From contig JAQGDQ010000092.1 of assembly GCA_030141605.1 (NCBI GenBank), forward strand, positions 434,001 to 498,000: a DNA stretch of 64,000 nt, in the 5' to 3' direction. The translations under genes and the position numbers were made by a program. How positions within the stretch are numbered: the stretch's first letter is position 1; the number at the start of each line of letters is the position of its first letter. Below are positions 26,440 to 37,500 of the stretch, one piece after another. The stretch comes from Tubiluchus corallicola (taxonomy: Eukaryota > Animalia > Priapulida). The notes beneath the pieces were generated by a model. It was not told the DNA's origin, ran no database searches, and saw only the letters and a program-made list of their open reading frames with translations.

Positions 26440-27420
26440 ACATTTTATTTTACAAAACATGAACGCAAATACAATTAACAAATCACATACTTGAAAAAAC
26501 AACGCGCACAGAAACACGTCCCTACAAATACAGGGCTCTTTTTAAGCGTGTTTGATTAAAAAATATACCATAATTTATAACAAACATCTATGTGTATATC
26601 TACATATATATCACAGTGCTGATTGAATACATTAAATCTTTGCAAAATTAGTCCGCACCTCTTAATTTAGAATCACGGATTGATGAAATTTTATGCACAT
26701 AGTTAATCAACACTTTCTTAACTTCCACATCTCTACGTTTGCTTAAAAATTTAAATTCATCAATATCACACATGGATGAGAATTCTGGAAAGATATCTGA
26801 TATTTGATTTTTGAACGCATTACTTTCTTGACAACATTACATACTAAAGTGAAATTCATATTCCGTGCTCCCATTCTTACATAAAGTAGTCATTCTCATA
26901 TCAACAGGTGTTTTTGGCCTGGTATATCGACCAGCTTCAATTTGTAATCTTTGCGCGCTAACACGGAATTTTGTGTAGTTTTCCTTGTGTGCCCTAGGAG
27001 CACCAATAATCAAAATATGATTTTCGAGTTTATACTCAGATTTGAACTGTCTATACGTCCTTAGTTTATTAGAGTCCTTTGGACGACACTATAATTATGG
27101 ATAGCATTTACAAAATAACTATTATAATTACTGCACAATTTCTTTTCGATTGAATGAATTTGCTTGCTTTTGCTGAAAGTACATCCGTTCTCCTAAACAT
27201 GGTAAGGCCAAGTTTACATAATATTTTCCTAATGCATGTAACCTAAGTATAGTACATTCATATCTAGGCCTTCACACATACATTAAGTACTAAACTATCT
27301 TCAGGCATTTCTAATATATGCAACCAGAATTTCACCATTAATTTAATTATAAATATATAAACTGGGTATACTCCAAATTCTGCCCTAACAGCAAGATTAC
27401 AGACCTAATAGCAACATTGA
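26440..27420 (-). mobile_element. Degenerate LINE ORF2 C-terminal region and 3' end (L2/CR1 group-like)
   Basis: Minus strand reads NKLRTYRQFKSEYKLENH...YTKFRVSAQRLQIEAGRYTRPKTP...LCKNGSTEYEFHF. Confidence 0.8.
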
Positions 27421-27564
27421 TATATTTTGTGTAGCGGGAACAAAACCCACAAATTTCTGATAGTGAAATAAATGTATTTGGCTATAATTATTTTTATATT
27501 TCAAAAAAAAACTGAAATGGCAATGGTGGGGTGTTGCCATCTACGTGGGCCTATTCATTGTAGA

Positions 27565-27726
27565 TTTAAGTGGAGTTTATGTAGCATGCGGATGCGGAAT
27601 AGATAAATCGGTTTATATTATTTTTAATGCAGCCTGAGTACGCGTTATTCTTTTTCTGCAGTTATTTCCTATTGATGTTTTCCACAGGCTATTCCGCGTC
27701 CGTATACTACATAAATGCCACTTAAA
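27565..27726. mobile_element. Palindromic MITE-like element upstream of legumain
   Basis: About 37-bp inverted arms: TTAAGTGGAGTTTATGTAGCATGCGGATGCGGAATAG and CTATTCCGCGTCCGTATACTACATAAATGCCACTTAA. Confidence 0.7.
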
Positions 27727-27899
27727 AATGAGTTTACTGAGCTTCCAAGCAACAAGGAATGTTAATCCATTTTCTTTTGTGCACTATTTGCAATTGTGTG
27801 AATGGGATATTGCTTTTTTGAGAAAATGTAATTTTGCTTATGCTGGTCGACTTCAAACAAACTTCACGATAAATGGTTGTTCGCCAGACTCGGTCGTGG

Positions 27900-28098
27900 C
27901 AAAGGCACCAAAACATCTAGTGAGAGCTGTGAAACTCGACAGTCGATTGTGCATAGCAAAGTACGTGCAAAAGCACTTTGGCGCATAATTTCACGGGGGC
28001 TAACCGCTAGGGCAGCTAGGTTAATCAGCTGACGATTGCTCAGTGTTTACTGAAGAGATTGCAGATTGCTTGCGAGCTCATCGTCATGTGTTTTAGGG
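27900..28098 (+). promoter_or_regulatory. Probable promoter and non-coding first exon of legumain
   Basis: Locally GC/CpG-richer. Donor GGG|GTAAGT at 28098/28099 pairs with acceptor ATCCAG at 28286. The start site is not determined. Confidence 0.5.
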
Positions 28099-28368
28099 GT
28101 AAGTAATTTTCCTTCACTAATTATTTGGCTTGTTTCTCGCAAGACTTGGTGCAATAGTGAGTCTATCTCTTTTTTTTTGCCTATTTCTTGTATACGCAAA
28201 TAATTGCTGTGGTGCAAACACAGCGTATTTATGTAACGGCGTATGTAAGTACTGCTCTCTTACCCTGCTATTTTAATTTGATCCAGGGACCTTTGACACG
28301 TTAATGAGAGTCATGTGGCGATGATGTACTTGGAAACGCCGCTTTACCGTCTGTCTACACTTGTCACG

Positions 28369-28512
28369 ATGTCGGTAAAAGTGGTTATCCTGTTTTCTTT
28401 GCTTTCCCTAGCTTTTGCTGGTGTTATAAACAATTCTGTGGAAAACAATGACGGAGTCCACTGGGCGTTATTAGTTGCAGGTAGTAATGAGTGGTATAAC
28501 TATCGGCATCAG
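28369..28512 (+). CDS. LGMN: Legumain coding exon 1
   Basis: [17 protein letters not shown]...YNYRHQ|GTAATT. In-frame upstream ATGs exist at 28321 and 28324. Confidence 0.92.
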
Positions 28513-31500
28513 GTAATTCAACTCTTGTCAAAGTTTTTAACAACTGCAATCTTTTCTTTAGTGTTTCTGAAAATCACTACATTTGTTTCATTTTGGCGCT
28601 TTTGTACTGGTTATTAAAGACACATTTAGCCTGTGACAAGTTGACATCTCGTTTTCAATCATTAAAAAACTTGACAGTGAACTACTTCCTATATTTTTTT
28701 AACATTACATATATAATGAAACTTGTACACCCAAAGAACCAGACAACATTATCTGGCTGGCTGGTTAATTGTTATTTGGTTGTATTAGTTAGATGGCCGG
28801 CTGGATGCACATGTGCTTAACTAAAAAAAAATTAGAAATTGATGTGACTATACAGTAAAAGCAAACTCTTTCGACAATAATTTTAATAACATCTTTAGTT
28901 CACGGCATTTAAATACTTCAATAAAATGTTAAGAGTGCATTTGAATCTAAGTAAAAAGTAATCTTGAATGTTCAAAGAGGAAAAAACTGTGCCACAGTAT
29001 GGTAGTGCTTTTATTGCCCACCATTTGAAAATTCGCTGTGCACCAGATTGGTTATTGTCACCTTGCATTACTTTGTACTATTCTATTATACTGCTGTTGT
29101 TCTGACTAAGAGTTGTTAAAAACATGTTACGATATGTCATAGTACATCTTAGGATCCAGCATTCACTGGCAGATGTTGAATGCTTGTGGCTGGATCAGGA
29201 CCTTGCTCATTAGCAATAATTTACTAAAATGAGACCCTTGTTAATCAACTGGCAGAACTAGTTTAGCCACTCTCATTTGAGTATACATATATTCCCCGGA
29301 ATAAATAGCTAAAGCCAATGTGACAGATAAAACCACATAGAAACAGTGTTCCTGATCCACTTATATACTGACCAGGCTCGATGTTGCTTAAGTTCCATCA
29401 TTAAGCATGCTGCATAATCCATTTTTATGGGAATTATGTGCACTGCTTCACATGTTTTAGGCTGACACGTGTCATGCTTATCAGATCATGCATGATCATG
29501 GTATTCCAGATGAACGAATCGTTGTGATGATGTACGATGATCTTGCCAATGATCCAGAGTATGTATCAGTTCAAAATAATTCAAGTGTATCATTGGCTCA
29601 TAATGTTTGCTATATGTGTAATTTTTTGAAAATGGAATGCTGCATCTTAGTGTAAAACAACAGTTGTTTCAATAAATCTGTTTCGGAATTTCAGTAATTT
29701 TTCATATATACCCATTTGTTCCCCTTGTTCAAAATATTATACATTGCAAAATTATGAGCCTGGAAACAAGATATTGGTTGTTTCAGAAAGAAACATGACC
29801 GTTACTTTTTGCAGTTAACAGCTGCCAGTTTGTTTGTGTCCTAATGTCTTTCTGAGTTTTGATTAAATTAGCTGGAAACTTTAGGTAAAGTTTCCTGACA
29901 GTCCTGGCTTAGCTTAAGTGAATTTAATTTAGCTTTGATCAGGAATCTAGACAACTTTCTTGAGTTTTGTGCATGTCAAATTCTCCAGTTTACCTGGTTA
30001 ACACTGCCCTCTTTTCATGCCACTTATGGCACAAAGAGGGCTGTATTATCGATGAATATTAGGAAAAGTTAAAAAAGATAATATGCAGTTATCTTTCTTT
30101 ATTCATCAGTTTTAATTTATTTTCCATGTCGCTTAAATAAAGTACTTAGGTCTATCCAAAATACAAGTTCTTTCAAATTTCAATTTCAATAACTGATTAG
30201 TTCATCACACTAGAATTTTATTCACAGTCGCATCCAGCTGACATTGCAAAAAGGCTTTTGGTAATGATCTTTTAGAAACAACCAATATTTTTTTAGTTTT
30301 GTCAAATATACTGATCTATGTTGTTTTTCAGGCAGACATATGCCATGCATATCACTTATTGATATCACAAGGAATTCAAAAAAATCACATTGTGGTGATG
30401 ATGTACGATGACCTAGCAAATAATGAAGAGTAAGGTCAAACACTACATGCATGAAATCTTCTTGCACGTACTAATCCTTCTCTTCTAACAACCCTTCTAT
30501 AATATAAACACGAACTATCTGAACATTTAATTTGCATAGCTTTTTGCATGCTGGTATTATGTATTAAGGTTAAGCTTTGTTATTATTTTTACTGTTTGCT
30601 AATGATTTTTCCGAGATTGTAAAGAACAGTACGTCATCATGTACATGAATGGTTTATTGTTTTAATTCTGATAATTCTGCTGCAATACTAAAACTTACAC
30701 TTTGATTTCTATGCTATAGTCTATACAATAATACTTGCATGGTAATATGCAGTCATATAGCATGGTAACTCTAAGTACTTTTGCACTGCTTTTACTGCAT
30801 TGTTTCACTGCACTTTTACTGCTGTCTACCATTTGATAGATGATTGGTTTTGTACTCTTTTGTGAATTTGCTACTGTTACATTTGCTGTTATGTTAAAGT
30901 TTAGCTTGAGTTTCACACAAATAATAATTTTGAATGTGTGCATTTAAAGTTGCCACTATAGGAAAAAACTGCTAGTTCAATGTGAGAAAAGAAATGTTAG
31001 CAAATAAAATTTATTGCACTAGAACACTGAACCAAGAACTAAGTGCCTAAGCACCGTAACATAATATGTATAAATTTGTACCTTTTGCTTTTGTTGCTTT
31101 TCATTTTACGTACGCCTACTTATCTTGTTATACTAATGGTAATATGTTACGTTTTCAGGAATCCCACCCCAGGCATAATAATTAATCATCCAAATGGGTC
31201 AGATGTTTATCATGATGTTCCACACGATTATACAGGAGAGGTAACATAAATTCGGAAACCCTTCTAAACCGGATTTGAAAAACAGTAGTGTGTTCTTGGG
31301 AGTATTGTCACTTTCTCGTTAGCATTAAATTGAATCCGCTTGCTGTTTGTTTTAAGCATAAAATCCCCATTGTCTGGTTCTTTATTACAGAAATGTAAAA
31401 ATACATGAAAGCTCAATGTATATTCTTTATATATATTAAATATTATAAGAAAAATTTAAAAGAAGGATTCACTTAAAATGCATCTTTTGTCACAGAAGCA

Positions 31501-34500
31501 GAATCTTACCACATTTTTGTCACACACACTAGTTAGTTTTAATTTTCATTACCAGGCAGCTAAAATTTTATGTGTAGTGTGACTTATTACATTTTGGCCC
31601 AGGATAATGTGAGAATGTGAGTAGCTGTTATTGCACAGTGCACATTAAGGGGCGGATGTGTGTTAATTTATTTATGGATAGTGGTAAAGCACTTCATGTA
31701 AGATTTTTTTGTTTAAATACAAGTAATAAAAGATTATAACGTTACTTGTACTTTATAACTGATTACTTTACATTGTATCAGTGCTGATAGCAATGTTATC
31801 CAGTCTTCTAAGTCAATACTCTTGTAGCATAACACCATTATACGTATGTTATGTATGCCAGACCTTTTCAAGGTTTTGGTACCATTTAGGTAATTCTGTT
31901 TTAACAGCCTTGGTTCTCATAAGCTCATAGTTGAACCGTAATACTATTTTATAATATATTTGTTAATAAGTTAATTTTGCAGCCAGGCCTACAAAATGAG
32001 TTAAATTACAAATGAAAAATTGATAGGACCTGATTACTTTTCATTAGTCCATATAATTTACAGTCTAATAGTTATCCTCTTCATAGTATAGTATGAGAGG
32101 CTATTGTTTCTGGAAATGACTGGTTCACAGTTTCACAGTGAACACAGTTTCAACTCTTTTCACAGTTCCAGTGATTGATGGTGATCATGAAAAGGTCAAA
32201 GATTAAGTGCTTTGTGCACTATATAAGTATACGATTAAGTGTACATAAGTGTATATAAGTATAAGATTAAGTGTACCACAGAACGCATTGGCAAAGCTTC
32301 ACAGGCCATTCTATTGTAATAGTAACAGTTTTAACATCTAGCTAAAACCTTACCTAATTTATTTTTTCTTGTTCCCAAACAAGGTCCTGCTAGTAAATCA
32401 CTCTAAGCACAGACTAATGGATAATTAAGTAAAGTCCACTCAAAACAACTGAACTTACTGAACTGTTCGGCAGACAGCTTTGCTTTACCCACATGTCACG
32501 TTACGGTTGTAGTTAAGACGGTTGCGTTGCTGTGGTACACTTAACCTTTGATCTACAGCAACTGCGCATGTGCACAACGAAACTGTGACAAGGCTTATTG
32601 CTCATACATTTGACCATGTTTATTGTTTGTGACTCTGAATTACAATAGAAATTTTTGGACAATTATGTCGGACTAGAATGAGGTACTTTGTATCTGGGAT
32701 ATTATAATCTTATTAATTGTAGTGCATTGACAGTCAGGTTAGATAACTGTTTTTGTGTTGTAGGACGTGACGCCAGAAAATTTCTTGAAGATTTTACAAG
32801 GAGATTCTGAAGGAATGGCTGGGATTGGAAGTGGAAAAGTCATTAAAAGGTTTTATATTAATATATAAAATGTTACCTCGTATTCATTTATTGATGATGT
32901 TTAAAAACATTTTTCTCATTCTAAATTAAAAAACTTTGCAAACTGTTCTTCATTTTCATTCATTTAATCACCCCGTCTTCACCTTACAGATAAAGTTTTA
33001 ATGTTTTCCCATTGTAATGTTTAAATTCTTGTGAAATGAGAGTTGGTTGATGTACCAAAAGTTTAAACAGGGATGTGCATTATGATCATGTGAACTATAT
33101 AGACATAGACAAAAAATTCCAAAAGAAACATTTGCAAATACAGAAATAGTTGCACAAACATGCATGCCTGAAAAATATTGAACGATCTTGCACCACTGGT
33201 AGCTTCCACGTCCAAACCGCTTTTGTATTTACTTCAATAAGCTACTTATTAGAAGATAATGTGGATAAGGGAAATCTGTGTGTGGCGGGTGGGGGTGGGG
33301 GGGGGGGGGGATTGGAGGTAAGTGGAGAGCTTCAAATGGCAGGTTTTGTTTGTTCGACCAGTAGACCAGGATTTTCATCTGTATACAAATTAGAGTGATT
33401 TTATATCTTAATTCTCTATATATAGTCTATGATATGCTTGATGTACAGGTGTATCTACATTATTTTGCAGTGGGCCAAATGATAATGTTTTTGTAAATTT
33501 TGCTGATCATGGAGCTCCAGGAATAGTAGCATTTCCTATAGGAGAGGTTCGTAATATTCTAATTTTACTGAAGAGCTGAACTTGTATTTAAGGCTGCTTA
33601 CTGCATACTTTACTGTAATTATACATTTTGATAGGCTAGAATTTTCAAATTCTGGTTGCTAGTAATTTATAAGTATTAATTAACTTTAGGGTCACATGTG
33701 TTTGTGTACTTATTTATTTTTTTTTTTGTCAACTGGCTAAGTATTCTCTTTATCGATCAAATATTTTTTTAAAGGAAAGGCCAAGCCTTCTGGAAAGTAA
33801 GACTTATTTGTATGTTCACAAAAAATATTAGAAGGATTTATTAATAAAACTGCAATAAGCACTTCGTGTAGCTAGTAAAATCACTTTAAAATCACAATCG
33901 CTTCATGCTTGGACGCTCCAATTTTGAGTGCCCAAGTGCCCATTCTTCTTCCAATGATGTCATTCATTCTGAAGATAAATAGCACACTGTCAATTTTTAT
34001 CAAAAGTATAATAAGTTTTTACAAAAAATTGTAAAGCTGGTTTTGTAACATTTTTATGTGAATATTAAGTAAGCTGCAGAAGTTTGAATTAGTTTAAGCA
34101 GCACGCTCACGGAAAGCCATGAAACAGCTTGCGAAAAGTCACGAAGTCCCCCAGTTACGTCATAATTTTCAAACGAATGGTGGCAACCACCATGCCTAAA
34201 AATGTCTATTCAGAGGCAAAATATTTTAGATTTATGCTTTACAGAAAGTTTTTTGCAAATTTCTTTGTTATATTCTAAGTTTAAGTCATAATAGTAAAAT
34301 AAACACAACATGCGACTTGTTCTTTAAGTTTAACTAATAAATTTATTAGATTTCATAGTGTAAAATGGCTAATCAGGCAACATAGGTCTTACTTTTGTAC
34401 TCTATATATAACATTAAGAGAACTAATTGATTTAACTTGATTATTGACATTTAGTGAAAATTACGGAAGTTTGTTCCATGTATTTTTTAAAGTTTATGTA

Positions 34501-37500
34501 CCAAAAATATATATGACCAATTTTTGCTTTAGCTTACAGCCACAGACTTGAACAAAGCCATTCAGGACATGTACAACAAGCAAAAGTACAACAAGGTGAA
34601 GTAAATGCAGCTAACGTTGTTGTTTTTTTAATGAATAATTTAGAACTTCTTTCAGCTTGAGTTTGTTGCAACTAGTGGCATATGTCTGACATAACTTTTA
34701 AAATATATGTTCTAATGACTCAAAATAATCAGTAATTTTATTACGCCTTTGTTTTTCATTGCCTGTACTACTTTTCTCATTCATTTGATGTTTTTCTAGT
34801 GCAAGTGTCCTCTCTTAATTCGGTGTGCTTTATTAAATACTTACAGTTCAGTAAGGCCTAAAAAATATTGTTTGGTTAGGGTAACCCAACTAGTCATGTT
34901 TTTGTACTGCCCAGTGTAAAAATTTTATTGACATGACAACATGAAAACTTATTTTCCAAAATCATATACCAAAAGAACAAAATTAAAGCACCACCAACTA
35001 TCGACGATATGTCCTCCCAGCGGAAGTTATTTCAAATCAAGTGCCTCTTATCTTGGTGCTCAGTCTAAATGCCAGAAGTGACAAATTTATCATTAAGTTC
35101 AATGGAATGCACTGATAGTTTTAGCGATTACACTTAAATCTGGTTTGTCTGTGCGATTTTTTCACGAAAAGAAAAAGTATGTTACATTACTGTGTAGCCG
35201 TAATTACTATTTGTTTGCTGATTATACTTTTCTATAATATAATAATACTAGTTAGCACACACAGCAGTCACTATTATTTAATATAAAAATAAAACATTTA
35301 CCTACTGACCCATTTGATTTTTTTAACGTTTACGCTTTACTAAGTATATTTGGCTTGAATGATGTATCACAAAATACATACAGGTACAAATTGCTATAAT
35401 ATTACTTATCGTGTTATACTGTTGACCTGATTTATAATTAACAGCAATTTACATTGTTATTCATTAGCGCCTGAAGTGATTCTAGATTTAGACTTGTAAC
35501 TTGGCAAGATATACACCTCTCAATAATTTTTATTTGCACTTTTTGCATCTGCAAATAGTGATATGCCTTTTAATATATGAAAATCACATTTTCTTTAAAT
35601 TATGTGAAATTTCTTCAGGTGATGTACTTTGTATAAATTTTGCTTTAACCTGCTAAATAGAAATGGCTATCTCAAGTTTAGCTGCTATTAACTTGCAAAG
35701 TGGCATTGCTTTCACAAGTTTAGCTGAGAGATTTATGCAATCGTAAATTTATTGCAGATGGTGTTCTACATTGAAGCATGTGAATCTGGTTCAATGTTTT
35801 CTGGCCTCTTGCCTAAAAACATAAATGGTGAGTTCAATAAGAAACAAATTATTTACTGTCTGTTCACTGAAGCATTTGTATTTAATCACTTTGCTGTTAG
35901 AAATCTGCTAAAAAAGTCATAGCATTATATAGATTATTTTGTTCTATTGCAATAGGTTTTGATTTAACGAAAAATACTTTGTTGTGACCGAAAATTATTA
36001 TCTTGTCAATATTAGGATGTTCAGTAGTTGTACTGTTTTCACTTCGTATAAATATTATTAGTTAAAACCTGATATGACAGTACTTGTAGAATTTCTCTTC
36101 ATTAGACTCATTTGAAGTGATACTTTGTGCAATTGACATAGGCAAGGCACTTCTGAGGCATTAACGTCCACCAACTAGCATATTTACCACATATTTCACT
36201 TGAATAAAAAACAATAAAGTTATCAACAAAAAGCGTTCTTTTGTTGAATAAGGCTTTATGTACCTAAATCACTTTCTTGTGTATGGTTGTTGTATAAATA
36301 AAACCTGGCAATGATTTACTACAAAGTCAAGACCACATATTTGAATGTGCAGGATCAGTGCTTAAGATTATTGAATGCCTTTGTATTCTAAGATGCCAAA
36401 CAGATGAAAAGTTTTTTTTTTTAAAATTGACTGCAGCAATACTGAAGTGAAATATGTTCCTATATGGTTTAAATATGCTAAAATTTTTTGCACATTTAAT
36501 TTTCTGAAAGCTGCTTCTGTCACATTTCATTTCATTTTTGCATTGCCTTTTAAATTAGCCAACAACATGAATTTGCCAGAAATATCATTCAGCAAAGTGA
36601 AAGGAAAGTAATAATTGGTGGATCATTTATTCTAGTATTTGCAACAACAGCAGCAAATCCAGATGAATCATCATATGCCTGCTACTATGACGACCTTCGT
36701 AATACATACTTAGGCGATGTTTACAGTGTTATGTGGATGGAAGATTCAGATGTCGTTAGTACTTTTTTCAGTAATTTTATTTAGCTGGATAATGCTAGGA
36801 AAATGCATTAATGAGACCTCCCAGTTTCAATAGTCATAATTACAGAGTTGTGATAGCACTGTTCATAGAAGTAGGAGAATTTGATAAGATGGAAATGACT
36901 GCTACTATTCAAGTGCTTAACGAGTGAGCAGCTAGGAAAGAACAAGTATAAGTCATAATGTAAAAAGGCCAAGGTAACTTGTACTGAACTAATTTGTAAT
37001 AAGAACTGCTTTATAGTAAGTTAGTACAGTTGTTGTTGCTTAATAAAAGCAAATAATAATAAACCACACATAATAAGATGAGCCACATTTTAGAAGCATT
37101 TAGACAGGGTCCCATACCCCATAGAAACTATTTGTTAGGAAAATTTTATTAATACAACCAGTGCTCCATTTAATAAGATTGCATTTTTGAGTAACAGGCG
37201 ACAAAATAATAGCAAAATGGAAAAATAAAATGTGTTTTTGGTAATTTGCCTATTTTTAAGAGGCACAGTTGAAATTTAAATCCTATACTCACTTCTTAGT
37301 CTACACTGAAATTTGAAGTTGATTGTACAGTTGCTAGACTTTTGTCTGTGTGAATTAATTTAAATCAATGATTGTATGCTTGAATGAGAGTGAGCTGACT
37401 GCCCCGTGCTTTTGTATGTAATCTCTTAAATTATGTGAAGCAAACTGAGTTAGACACACAGGGGATATTAGAATTGTTAGATAAATTTAAAGGGCTGCAA

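Noticed and set aside
27500-28098. TFEB CLEAR element upstream of legumain
   Set aside because: No GTCACGTGAC or TCACGTGA match was seen.
32645-32682. Possible duplicate of legumain exon 4
   Set aside because: Similarity is weak, the length is wrong and the similar frame has a stop.
33285-33320. G-run able to form a G-quadruplex in legumain intron 4
   Set aside because: A simple homopolymer with no evidence of function.
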